From: an uncultured Candidatus Saccharibacteria bacterium
GTDB lineage: Bacteria; Patescibacteriota; Minisyncoccia; Phycocordibacterales; UBA2100
Direction: 5' to 3'
Assembly: GCA_964424265.1 (NCBI GenBank)
Contig: CAYRHX010000005.1
Span: forward strand, 7,951-71,950
DNA length: 64,000 nucleotides
Part shown: positions 1 through 9,778 of the stretch, piece after piece
Position numbering within the stretch: position 1 is the stretch's first letter
Layout of the letters: each line of letters starts with the position of its first letter
Position numbers and translations under genes: made by a program
Notes under the pieces: model-generated
What the model saw: only the letters and a program-made list of their open reading frames with translations
Told to the model about the DNA's origin: nothing
The model's database searches: none

Positions 1-909
1 GATATAAAGGCCGATGATTTCTTCACAGTAACCCGTCAAACACTCGTACCATTCCTAATTTTTATAACGGTTTTGATACTCATTATCTCATCACTGTCCA
101 TCACCCTCATTTATATAAAGAAGCGGCAAGAAGAACAATTGCAAACGGTAAATGAGGAAGTGTATAAACATTCTCTGGAACTTGTGCGCCTTAAGCAAGC
201 ATTGGAGGTCGCGAACGCACAGCAGGAGAATCTTTTGCATTTCATCAGTCACGAGATAAAGGGGTATCTGACGAAAAGCGAAGCGGGGTTCGCGGCAATT
301 GCAGAGGGTGACTATGGAGTAATTTCAGAACAGTTGAAAGGAATGGCTACTTCTGCGCTTCTCGACGTGCGCAAGGGCGTGCGGACTGTTATGCAAATTC
401 TCGACGCCTCTAACATGAAAAAAGGCACCATGGGCTACAAGAAAGAGCCGTTTGATATGAAAAAAATCGTGATCGAAGCAGTAAATCACCTCAAACCGGC
501 CGCTGAAGAAAAAAGCATCTCTATCGACCTTTCCATTGCAGAAGGAGAGTACGCTCTGGTGGGGGATGAAGAAAAAATTAAACAACATGTGCTGCGCAAT
601 CTTGTCGATAACGCCATAAAGTACACGCCAAGGGGCGCCATCGGCGTAGAACTCTCCCGCGAAGGGAAGACTGTTCGTTTTGCGGTCAAAGACAACGGTA
701 TCGGCATTACTCCTGAAGACATGGCGCGTCTTTTTACCGAGGGCGGCCACGGCAAGGATTCGATCAAGGTAAATGTGCATTCCACCGGCTACGGCCTGTT
801 CATAGCAAAACAGGTAGTTGTGGCCCACGGAGGTAAAATATGGGCCGAATCCGAGGGTGCAGGCAAGGGTTCGCGGTTTGTTGTAGAGCTTCCCTCCACG
901 CTTTCATAG
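1..909 (+). CDS. sensor histidine kinase (5' end runs off window; frame open to position 1)
   Basis: H-box HFISHEIKGYLT. HATPase_c N/G boxes LVDNAIKYT, DNGIGI, GYGLFIAKQVV. Confidence 0.8.
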   Translation, partial: DIKADDFFTVTRQTLVPFLIFITVLILIISSLSITLIYIKKRQEEQLQTVNEEVYKHSLELVRLKQALEVANAQQENLLHFISHEIKGYLTKSEAGFAAIAEGDYGVISEQLKGMATSALLDVRKGVRTVMQILDASNMKKGTMGYKKEPFDMKKIVIEAVNHLKPAAEEKSISIDLSIAEGEYALVGDEEKIKQHVLRNLVDNAIKYTPRGAIGVELSREGKTVRFAVKDNGIGITPEDMARLFTEGGHGKDSIKVNVHSTGYGLFIAKQVVVAHGGKIWAESEGAGKGSRFVVELPSTLS

Positions 910-1022
910 CTCCTCAAAAAATTTGACAGCTATCCACCTACGGGTATAGGCTGCTTGGAGAGGGTGATCTTGGACGCTGACGCCTCTGTCAGCCTAAGAA
1001 ACTGAGGCTGCGTGGCTTAGAT

Positions 1023-1748
1023 ATGAAACAGGCATACAATTTTACATGGCAGTCAGCACGCATGGTGCTCGCTGTTTCAATTCTTATTTTTTTCTGTACC
1101 GCAATATTTCTACTTTCTGCGCACTATGCATTTACCGAAGAATGGCAGGTGAGTGATGTTCCTGGGCTTCTGGTTACCGAAGTAGCGCCAGAGGTCCGTC
1201 CCAGCACCCCAAGCGCGAGTGAGAGGAGTGTGAGGCAACGCAGAGACAGAGATGCCTTTTTTGCCGAGCAGATTCAAGGTAAAAGAAATGTAACGATCAT
1301 TTCTGCTTCGGATTCAGATTTTTTGGCTAGCATGAGCGATCCGGCGTCTACCGACCTCATTTCTGACGTGACTTTCTATTTCCACGTTTCGAATCCCACG
1401 AACGACAAACTTTCTCTGCTAACAATACCTACGGGCATACGAGAAGGGACTTTGAATTACATTCGGATTGAGGGTGCTACAGGCTATAAGTGGCGCGATG
1501 GTCAGCTCGTCATAGCGTATGTGTCGCTTCCGCCAGGAGGATCAGCTACTGTAAGCGTCACAGGATTGCCACTTATCTCGGTAGAGCCTGTCACAATCGT
1601 GATTTCTCCTACCGTGCGAAGCGAGGACGGCGTGCTCTTGGCTAAAAATGTGTCTTCCCATCACATTATTGCGGGGAAACGACCTGATATCGTTGCAAAC
1701 TTCCACATGGGTACCGTGAAAGCAGCGAGCCTGCCCGTTTCTCAATAA
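1023..1748 (+). CDS. hypothetical membrane-anchored protein, directly upstream of and probably co-transcribed with the rhs gene
   Basis: N-terminal TM helix. The 7-nt gap to the RHS ORF suggests an operon. Confidence 0.5.
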   Translation: MKQAYNFTWQSARMVLAVSILIFFCTAIFLLSAHYAFTEEWQVSDVPGLLVTEVAPEVRPSTPSASERSVRQRRDRDAFFAEQIQGKRNVTIISASDSDFLASMSDPASTDLISDVTFYFHVSNPTNDKLSLLTIPTGIREGTLNYIRIEGATGYKWRDGQLVIAYVSLPPGGSATVSVTGLPLISVEPVTIVISPTVRSEDGVLLAKNVSSHHIIAGKRPDIVANFHMGTVKAASLPVSQ

Positions 1749-1754
1749 AAGTGT

Positions 1755-4700
1755 ATGTATTCTTCTTTGTTTAATAAACGTTCCGGACGGAGGATCGCGG
1801 CCACGCTCTTGCTCTCTCTCCTCATGCAATCGCTCGCCCCACTGTTGCCCCTCACCAGCGGATCATCGATCGCCTACGCCGACACTCCTTGCGGCGTTAC
1901 CACTTCCTCGGGCCCAGCAATTACAACCCAGTACGGGGGAGTAAAGCTCGATAAGGCGGCAACGTTCCTCGCAAACATGGACGATATCACAGGGGCATAC
2001 TTTGATCAGGGTAGAAATCAGATCGTATTCGTCGGCAAGACGAACACCACACTTCCAGAATTCGATAAGGACGATCTTGCGGTAGCGATCCGCGCAATCA
2101 TCTTCAACAATGCAATCCCAGCAGTAAGCATCGAATTTAAGGATTTGAATAATATTTCTGCATACCCAACGATGAACGTGCTGTATTATGGGGGAATCGA
2201 AGATACTAATTTCGGTAAGGTGCTTCTCGACGCTGATGTTCAGCTCAAAAGATACATGATGGGAGGTGAGAGTGGCAACCCCGTCCAAACCGCCGTTCTA
2301 GGCTACAGGTCGGTCCTTGCGCGCTGGATAGAAAATGGTCCAGACGTCGTTAGAACAACTGGCTCTGCCTCACGATGGTGGATTTCGCCCCTAACTGTCA
2401 CACTGAAGAGAGACACTACGAGCAACGCGTTCGTTTTTGACACAGTAGCAATGCAGGTGCAAAGTGCTCCCCTTATGGCTAACAATGATCCTGCGTGGGA
2501 TAAGGCTGCCCAAGACTTCGCGACACAGATGACGCAATCCTACGACGCGTACGCAGCGGAAATGCCATCTTTCGCGAAGGCGAAGCAACTAGGCAAGATA
2601 ACAAGCGTTATCAAATGGCTAAAGGATAATCAGATTGCCACTGATTTCCAATGGGCGAAAAATTATCAGCCCACATTTGTGCCGACATCAAGAGAGGTAC
2701 CCGTTATGACATCCGGCACAATGCGCTACACAAGCGGAAATTACTCTTGGGATTTCTGGATTGAGGGTGGGGTGGAATACTCTACTCCGAATAATTATAC
2801 GAGTGACACCACTGGGGCGTCGTTGCAAATGAAAGTCGCATCCAGTGCTGCAGCTCCGAGTTCTACCGACGGTGTTTCGTGGACATTCACATCGAATGGC
2901 CAGACATACAACTCTGTGGCGGTTTCAGCGGATCTGTTTCGCTCTGTTGGGGCGTACGCGTATTCAGAAACAGATGCCTCACTTCCGACGACCGCGCAGG
3001 TTCCGTTCAGTCTTACGCGTTCGTACTCCTCCTTTGCGACGGATATAAACAACGGGTTCGGCTTTGGGTGGACCTTCATGCCGGCGACGCTTACCGATGC
3101 TCTTCCGGGGATCGCAACATCTTGTACCGTTCCCGGCGGATACACGGGTTCGTACCCTTACCGACTGGCAGCTACGACACCCGCAGGACGCGAAACATTT
3201 ACTCTAAGCTGCGGTGTTGGATATATTCCCGACGACCCCTTGCTTTTTCATACCAAGATTGTTCCTGATACAGCCGGATATCTGAACGTCGTAATGAAAG
3301 ATCGGACATTCTACGCCTTCTCACGATTCCCGGTCAACAATAATTTTCCTCTCTACAGAATCGGAGATGCGAACGCGATAAGTAAGATCACCTTCTCCTA
3401 TAATGCGAATTACACTCGGGTTAACTCGATGACTGAGGCCTATTCTGGAAAATACATTACGCTTACCTACAATGCGCTCGATCAAGTTTCATCTGTTGTT
3501 ACGCCGAGCGGTACTCTTCAATATGGCTACGACGCAAATGGAGATCTCGTCTCTGCCACTGACGCCCGCGGCAATACAACTACCTATCAATACAATGCGG
3601 GCCATCTTCTCAAGTCGGTTACGGATCGCGCAGGCACGAGAATGATTGATAATACGTACGACTCGAGTGGCAGGGTTGTCCTCCAAACCGATGCACGTAA
3701 TGTCCCACGAACTATTACCTACAACAATACCGATCGCTCCGTATTATGGAGTGATCCCAATGGGCGCTCCGAACGTACTGCGTATGACTCGAAGGCCCGG
3801 CCACTGCAGGTGATAAACGCTCATGACGCAACTACCACGTTTGCGTACGATACGACGAGCAATGCGCCGACGAGCATCGCGGATGCACGCGGCAATGTGT
3901 CAAGCTTCGCGTTTGATGCGAAAGGTAACCCGTTGAGCTATACAACTCCAGACGGTGGAAGAACTCTCTTTACTTGGGATAGCTCCAACAACCTTCTGCA
4001 GGCAAGCGATCAGCGCTACATACCGATTACAGGCACGCCGAAAGTTGCGACCTACGCATATGATACAAAGGGCAATCGCACACAGGCGAACGTTGCAGGC
4101 ATATCGACCACCAACTTCACGTACACCACGCAAGGGAAGGTCGCAAGCATTACGGATCCACGTGGGAACATTACGCGATTCACGTACAATTCGAGTGGGC
4201 TTCCGCTAACAATCCAAGACCCGCTTGGCAGAATCACGACGTATACATACGATTCTGCCGGACGTGTTACTCAAATCACTGATCCTTTGGGCGTCGTCAC
4301 TAATATGACGCACGATGCGAATGGTAATCGCTTGTCGGTCAGCACTCCCGCAGGTGCGGCCACCTACACATACGATGCAAACGATCGCCTCCTCAGCACT
4401 ACAGACCCCGCCGGAGCGCTCGTACGGCGGACGTACAGTCCTTCTGGAAACCTTACTTCAGTGGTTGATCCCCTAGGAGCATCGACGGCATATGGTTACG
4501 ATTCGTATGGCAACGTTGTCCAAAGCGTCGATCCGCTCTCTCGCGTCACCACCTTCTCCTATGACTCGATGAACCGCGAAACGTTGTACCGAACGCCAGG
4601 TGGTAAATCGTGGACGACGAGCTACGACGCGGTAGGAAATCCAATCGCGCAAGCAACGCCAACAGGAACGCAAACTGCGGTTTTTGATTCGCTGAGCCGC

Positions 4701-7568
4701 ATCACATCTTCCGTAGCTGGTTCAGCTTCTCTCGCATATACGTACGACTCTGCAGGGCGGCTCACAAGAGTGACGGGGCCCGCTGGTGCGACAAACTATG
4801 CGTACGATATCAAAGACCGCCTGACTCAGACTACGGATACGTACGGAAATATCATTTCTTACCAATACGACCTCGCAGATAACCTCACGAGGATCACGTA
4901 CCCTGATGGTAAAACAGTTCAAAATCAATTTGACGCGGCAGGCCATCTCACGCAACAAAAAGATTGGACCGGAGGAGTTACGCTTTACACCTACACGGCG
5001 AACGGCGCATTGAGCACAAAAACACTTCCAAATGGAATCTCTGAAGCATACTCCTACGATTCCGCGGGCCGCATCGCAAGCATTGTGTATGGAAATCTCT
5101 CGCAGCCGACTCTGTTCCGTCAAATATTTAGTCGCGATGCGCGAGGTTTTGTATCACGTATTGTCGAAGATGGCTCTACGGTCACAGCACACGCCACAAA
5201 CTACCAATTCGATGCTGCGGGTAAACTCTTAAGCGCGATAGATACCGCGAGCGCTACTTCAACGTACGCCTACGACACAGTGGGTAACATTACCTCCAAT
5301 ACTGCGTCGCGTGTCGATTTCGTACCCACCATAGCCACAACGACAGTGACCGTGTTTAAAGACGCCGCCACGACAACGACGATCATAGCCACCGCAGCGA
5401 CGTCGACAACTGTGTATGCCACGACTACACGTACGTTGGTGCGATCTATTGCACCGACGGTTCCGTACCTTTCCCGATATTTGTTCAACGGCACACTCGC
5501 GTCAAGTGCGAAACGTGCGGATTCGCTTGCACCCTCTCAACTACTGACGGAGAGTACTCGGCTCGCGTCTGGCTCAGGGCGATTTGCGGATGCGAATGGC
5601 ACGTATGTTTTTGACGGCAGCAAGACACAGCTCTCTCTTGCCCTTGTTTATGCTCCCAGCGCTGGTAGCACAACGCTCTCGGCCTGGGTCAAAATGGCAC
5701 CTGGAACGTCAGGCACAATCCTCGGTGCTACCAATAGTTCACCCGCCGGATTTATGCGAATGTACGTCCAGCAGGGAATTTTGCACGGGGATCTAAACTG
5801 GACTTCAGGAAGTAATACGTATGCACTTGTTGCCAGCTCTAGCGCAATAAGAATCGACGACAACGCGTGGCACAAAGTCGATGTCGCGTTTGCCAATTTG
5901 TATCCACCAGCCAATGGCGATATCTTCTCAAATGCCATCTACCTGTATGTTGACGGTGCGCTCGTTTTGACAAAAAAGGGCAACACGGTCAACTACAATC
6001 TTCCTAGTTTTAACTACGGCTGGAAGGTTGGCGCGATGACAAACCCCAACAAGCGCGTAGATAAGTACTTCAAAGGTTCTATCGACGAAGTTGCGATCAC
6101 CAACACCGCGCTGACATCCCCTTCACAAATTCAGGGCCGCTTCGCAGCCGAAGCTACGACATCTCCGATATATATCTGGACTCCTGCCGCTACTACATCA
6201 ACGTCCTACGCGACAACAACTCTCGCCCTGACTCCGACCTCGACGAGTACGACTATTACCAGTATCGCGACGAGCACAGCTACAACTACAGTACCAGCAT
6301 CCACGGTCACCGCAACTGCCCAGAGCTACGCCACAACCACCACTACAGTGGCACCGGTAATTACGAACACGCAGACGTTCCTCGCGACAACTACTGCAAC
6401 TACGACGATCGTGACTCTCACAAGCGTGACCGCTGCAACGACCACAAACACATTTACTATCTCTACCAGCGTGTCCACGACAACTCTTGTTGCAACCCCT
6501 CGCTCGCTCTCAACCTCAAACGCATACTCTGCGGATGACGAATTGCTCCTGTCTGTAACGTCAGGAACTGCGCCGACGGCAACTGTTACTCACACATACG
6601 ATGCGGAGGGAAATTTGAAGTCGACCGCTGGTTCATCTTCCAGGGCGTACTCTTGGACATCTCTCGGACAGCTATCCTCGGTCGCCTCGACCGCTTTCAC
6701 CTACGATGCGTCCGGAAACCGAATCGGGAAGAGCGCGGCGACGACAACCCGATACGTCAACGACGTCCTTGCTCCGAATGCCTTAGTCCTCGTTGAAGCT
6801 AACGCCAGCAATGCTGCAAGCCGCATAAACGTCTGGGGAGGACACGGGCTTATTTCCACAGGGGGAACCGCCACGACAAGCAGGTACTATCCGATAACCG
6901 ATTCCCAAGGGTCTGTCCGATTTCTTTCAGATTCGTCCGGCTCAATCATTCGCGCTTATCAATATGATCCGTATGGCGTCTCCTCAACTTATGCCTCGAG
7001 TGCATCTACTAGCCCGTACCAGTACACCGGTGAAAACCTCGACTCAGAAACCGGCCTTGTCTATCTGAGAGCCCGCTACTACGATCCTGCGACGGGCCGC
7101 TTCATCTCCCGCGACCCCGTGCGCGGCGTCCTCGACAACCCACTAACTCAGAATCCGTATATCTACGCCGGCGACAATCCGATGATGTATAGTGATCCGA
7201 GTGGGGAGCAGGCATTTGCTCTGCCAGGAGCTGGTATTGGATCTTTCTTTGGCCCAGTCGGAACAGCCTGCGGATTCGTCATCGGTGGTATTGCGAGCCT
7301 CGTGATTGTAATATGGGCGGGAAACCAAATTGCTACTTTAAACCTCTCCCAGAGTGGAGCGGGACAAGGAACGCCAAAACCAAGTAATCCGCCATCGGGC
7401 ACAGTACCTATCGATCAAGCAGGATTTCCGCGAGGTACAGCAGATCAGATCAAAAAGATAATCGGGGCTCGTCCGAATGACTGGACAGGTATAGCGCCAA
7501 ATGGCGATATTATTACCGGAACACCAAATGGAGAGGTAATTAATCACGGTCCGATAGAGCCATTCTAA
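1755..7568 (+). CDS. RHS/YD-repeat polymorphic toxin with signal peptide, internal LamG (concanavalin-like) domain, Thr-rich linkers, RHS core end and variable C-terminal toxin tip
   Basis: Numerous YD repeats (YxYDxxGxL type, e.g. YQYNAGHLLKSVTDRAGTRMIDNTYDSSGRVV). LamG-like block around nt 5470-6150. RHS core terminus YQYTGENLDSETGLVYLRARYYDPATGRFISRDPV...NPYIYAGDNPMMYSDPSGE at nt ~7017-7205, followed by a ~120-aa unique tail. Confidence 0.85.
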   Translation: MYSSLFNKRSGRRIAATLLLSLLMQSLAPLLPLTSGSSIAYADTPCGVTTSSGPAITTQYGGVKLDKAATFLANMDDITGAYFDQGRNQIVFVGKTNTTLPEFDKDDLAVAIRAIIFNNAIPAVSIEFKDLNNISAYPTMNVLYYGGIEDTNFGKVLLDADVQLKRYMMGGESGNPVQTAVLGYRSVLARWIENGPDVVRTTGSASRWWISPLTVTLKRDTTSNAFVFDTVAMQVQSAPLMANNDPAWDKAAQDFATQMTQSYDAYAAEMPSFAKAKQLGKITSVIKWLKDNQIATDFQWAKNYQPTFVPTSREVPVMTSGTMRYTSGNYSWDFWIEGGVEYSTPNNYTSDTTGASLQMKVASSAAAPSSTDGVSWTFTSNGQTYNSVAVSADLFRSVGAYAYSETDASLPTTAQVPFSLTRSYSSFATDINNGFGFGWTFMPATLTDALPGIATSCTVPGGYTGSYPYRLAATTPAGRETFTLSCGVGYIPDDPLLFHTKIVPDTAGYLNVVMKDRTFYAFSRFPVNNNFPLYRIGDANAISKITFSYNANYTRVNSMTEAYSGKYITLTYNALDQVSSVVTPSGTLQYGYDANGDLVSATDARGNTTTYQYNAGHLLKSVTDRAGTRMIDNTYDSSGRVVLQTDARNVPRTITYNNTDRSVLWSDPNGRSERTAYDSKARPLQVINAHDATTTFAYDTTSNAPTSIADARGNVSSFAFDAKGNPLSYTTPDGGRTLFTWDSSNNLLQASDQRYIPITGTPKVATYAYDTKGNRTQANVAGISTTNFTYTTQGKVASITDPRGNITRFTYNSSGLPLTIQDPLGRITTYTYDSAGRVTQITDPLGVVTNMTHDANGNRLSVSTPAGAATYTYDANDRLLSTTDPAGALVRRTYSPSGNLTSVVDPLGASTAYGYDSYGNVVQSVDPLSRVTTFSYDSMNRETLYRTPGGKSWTTSYDAVGNPIAQATPTGTQTAVFDSLSRITSSVAGSASLAYTYDSAGRLTRVTGPAGATNYAYDIKDRLTQTTDTYGNIISYQYDLADNLTRITYPDGKTVQNQFDAAGHLTQQKDWTGGVTLYTYTANGALSTKTLPNGISEAYSYDSAGRIASIVYGNLSQPTLFRQIFSRDARGFVSRIVEDGSTVTAHATNYQFDAAGKLLSAIDTASATSTYAYDTVGNITSNTASRVDFVPTIATTTVTVFKDAATTTTIIATAATSTTVYATTTRTLVRSIAPTVPYLSRYLFNGTLASSAKRADSLAPSQLLTESTRLASGSGRFADANGTYVFDGSKTQLSLALVYAPSAGSTTLSAWVKMAPGTSGTILGATNSSPAGFMRMYVQQGILHGDLNWTSGSNTYALVASSSAIRIDDNAWHKVDVAFANLYPPANGDIFSNAIYLYVDGALVLTKKGNTVNYNLPSFNYGWKVGAMTNPNKRVDKYFKGSIDEVAITNTALTSPSQIQGRFAAEATTSPIYIWTPAATTSTSYATTTLALTPTSTSTTITSIATSTATTTVPASTVTATAQSYATTTTTVAPVITNTQTFLATTTATTTIVTLTSVTAATTTNTFTISTSVSTTTLVATPRSLSTSNAYSADDELLLSVTSGTAPTATVTHTYDAEGNLKSTAGSSSRAYSWTSLGQLSSVASTAFTYDASGNRIGKSAATTTRYVNDVLAPNALVLVEANASNAASRINVWGGHGLISTGGTATTSRYYPITDSQGSVRFLSDSSGSIIRAYQYDPYGVSSTYASSASTSPYQYTGENLDSETGLVYLRARYYDPATGRFISRDPVRGVLDNPLTQNPYIYAGDNPMMYSDPSGEQAFALPGAGIGSFFGPVGTACGFVIGGIASLVIVIWAGNQIATLNLSQSGAGQGTPKPSNPPSGTVPIDQAGFPRGTADQIKKIIGARPNDWTGIAPNGDIITGTPNGEVINHGPIEPF
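7008..7203. repeat. direct repeat copy 1 (RHS core 3' end); ~85% identical to 8205..8399, last ~65 nt near-identical
   Basis: The nucleotide string ctaactcagaatccgtatatctacgccggcgacaatccgatgatgtatag occurs in both copies. Confidence 0.75.
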
Positions 7569-7571
7569 AAT

Positions 7572-8015
7572 ATGCATCCATACGAATTCAACATCTCATT
7601 CAGGTTAACTCATCCTACAGAAGATTTGACACAGATTTACCAGAAGTTAAGTCTCGTGTCTGACTTTTTACCCCGACGAATTTGGAAAGCTGGAGATGAG
7701 CGCAAATCTCAACAAGGCAAGCGACTGGGGGGATACTATGAAAAGTCCTATTGCTATTTTGATCTTAATACCGGCTTGCAGAAAAGCACTTCACAATCAC
7801 TGACATCCGTCATAGAGAACATACTGACAAGGCTCACTCCTTTTAAGGATGTACTTGAAAAATTCTGTGGAAACGCTGGCCAGCTTGAATTCTTTATAGG
7901 TTTGTATGTTGTCGAAAACGCCGGGGAAACTCTACCTGTGACTTTACTCAAAAAACTCTCAGATTTTCAAATCGGTTTAGCGCTCGATATATATCCCCCT
8001 GGAAAGAACGAATAA
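7572..8015 (+). CDS. putative immunity protein for RHS C-terminal toxin 1
   Basis: Small AT-rich ORF immediately 3' of the toxin tip, in the canonical rhs toxin-immunity arrangement. No recognisable domain. Confidence 0.4.
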   Translation: MHPYEFNISFRLTHPTEDLTQIYQKLSLVSDFLPRRIWKAGDERKSQQGKRLGGYYEKSYCYFDLNTGLQKSTSQSLTSVIENILTRLTPFKDVLEKFCGNAGQLEFFIGLYVVENAGETLPVTLLKKLSDFQIGLALDIYPPGKNE

Positions 8016-8056
8016 ACGAGGGGGCGGAGATAGGTACAATTAAACCATGAAAGACC

Positions 8057-8815
8057 TTGGATAACATGAAGCGCCGTGCGGTTCTCACACTCCTTATAGC
8101 ATCAATCGCATTCTCGCCACTCACTGCGCTAGCCACAGGCGTAGCTGTGACACCCTTTGGCTGTGGCTATCTGGCCGCAATGGCTGCGCCATCGAGCACC
8201 TCAACCACTCCGTACCTCTACACCGGTGAAAATCTCGACTCTGAAACAGGTCTCGAATACCTCCGCGCTCGCTATTACGATCCGACAACTGGTCGCTTTA
8301 TCTCCCGCGACCCTGTCCGCGGCACCCTCGACAACCCACTAACTCAGAATCCGTATATCTACGCCGGCGACAATCCGATGATGTATAGCGATCCGAGCGG
8401 GAAGGTCTTCTTCGCCCCGCTTCTGATAATTGGCGGATTAGCACTTGCCACATTCCTGACAAATCCCATAATCGAATCGCCCTGTGCTGTAATGAATCCT
8501 ACTCCCGAAGATTTCGCTAAGGCTCAGGCATTGGAAACAGGATTCTTTGTCGCGGGATTTGTAGCACCTGGAGGTGCGCTGTCGAAAGGATTCAACCTTG
8601 TAATAAAACATCCACACGCGATACAACACTTGGTTGAGGGTATTACTTCAGAAATGTTAGATGCAGCTATCAGACGTGACGTCGCCGAAAAAGGAGCGAC
8701 ACTATTGGGTCAGACATTGCAGCGGGAAGTTAAAGTTGCGGGCGAGACTTTCATCTACCGTATACACACATGGGCAGAAGGACAAGTTAACGTGGGTACC
8801 TACTTCCTAAAGTAA
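8057..8815 (+). CDS. orphan RHS core-end + alternative C-terminal toxin cassette with its own start and signal-peptide-like N-terminus
   Basis: YLYTGENLDSETGLEYLRARYYDPTTGRFISRDPVRGTLDNPLTQNPYIYAGDNPMMYSDPSG, followed by a different ~140-aa tail. N-terminus MKRRAVLTLLIASIAFSPLTALA. Confidence 0.65.
   Translation: MDNMKRRAVLTLLIASIAFSPLTALATGVAVTPFGCGYLAAMAAPSSTSTTPYLYTGENLDSETGLEYLRARYYDPTTGRFISRDPVRGTLDNPLTQNPYIYAGDNPMMYSDPSGKVFFAPLLIIGGLALATFLTNPIIESPCAVMNPTPEDFAKAQALETGFFVAGFVAPGGALSKGFNLVIKHPHAIQHLVEGITSEMLDAAIRRDVAEKGATLLGQTLQREVKVAGETFIYRIHTWAEGQVNVGTYFLK
8205..8399. repeat. direct repeat copy 2 (orphan cassette), homologous to 7008..7203
   Basis: Nucleotide-level identity with the RHS core 3' end. 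Confidence 0.75.
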
Positions 8816-8820
8816 GCATT

Positions 8821-9183
8821 ATGAATCAGGATTTATACCGACCGCTAAAGATCGAGGAAAAAAGGATTCTGAATAGACTACTCAGTGCAAACTTTCCAGG
8901 TCGTGATAAAATACTCCAGCAAATCTCCAACTGCGAGGTCAAAGAATGGTCGGATGGATCACGTAGCCTTGAATTCCGCACAAGCTCAGAAGCAGCAGCT
9001 AACGTAATTGACAGGATACCTGTTGAAGGTAGATTCGGTCCAAACGGTGTTATTCAGATATTGCTCCATGTGCTAGAAAAGAAAATAAAATATCTGGAAT
9101 TTGTTACATTTCACCTAGATAACATAAAAAAGTTACCTAGTCCGGATGAGGTTTCCGTAATAGTAAAAGAGAAATTACAATGA
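8821..9183 (+). CDS. putative immunity protein for orphan toxin cassette
   Basis: Small AT-rich ORF 6 nt after the orphan cassette. Confidence 0.4.
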   Translation: MNQDLYRPLKIEEKRILNRLLSANFPGRDKILQQISNCEVKEWSDGSRSLEFRTSSEAAANVIDRIPVEGRFGPNGVIQILLHVLEKKIKYLEFVTFHLDNIKKLPSPDEVSVIVKEKLQ

Positions 9184-9778
9184 AATCGTTTTTTGGAACT
9201 CTGGGCTTGTTACTAAAGAAATTCGACGAGGAACATCTCCTAGCGGCGATACCTATTTTCTCTCGAATTGTCGCTGAGTTGGTAGAGGATATAAGTGGAA
9301 TAAGGTGTCAGGGAAATAAGGTATCCGGAACCTTTTTCACACTACAGAACGTTCTATAATCTAGTAACAGGTTCGGTCATTAAGTAATGCTATGAGCAAA
9401 GAAATGGAATTGGATTTCTCAGATGTTAAAACCCCTCAGGATGTGGAGTACGAGTTTCTATTCCTAATCAGAAACTTCCTGTAGAAGACAACCTCCGTTT
9501 GATTTTTGATAAGTGGTTTTCCCCGATCCAGTCATCAGATAATACGCTTATACCTAAACTTGCGTTAGCCATCACAGGCAAGCTGGGGAAAAAAATCTCG
9601 GATGAAGTGCCGTCATCTTATTCTGAGGGACGAGGAAGGAGCACTCCCTGCTTTCTGATCCGTTCACTGATCTCTCACGTTGGGGGTAATGGTGTCAGGT
9701 ACCATTAAGATCTGATACGGGGGAGTAGACAATCTTGGGGGAAATTGTGTTGACTAAGTATATACATCTGTATATACT

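Noticed and set aside
1863-7402. Many antisense or alternate-frame ORFs inside the RHS gene (e.g. 2795-3145, 4722-5123, 5648-5938, 7163-7402)
   Set aside because: They are embedded in a strongly supported 5.8-kb coding frame and have no features of their own.
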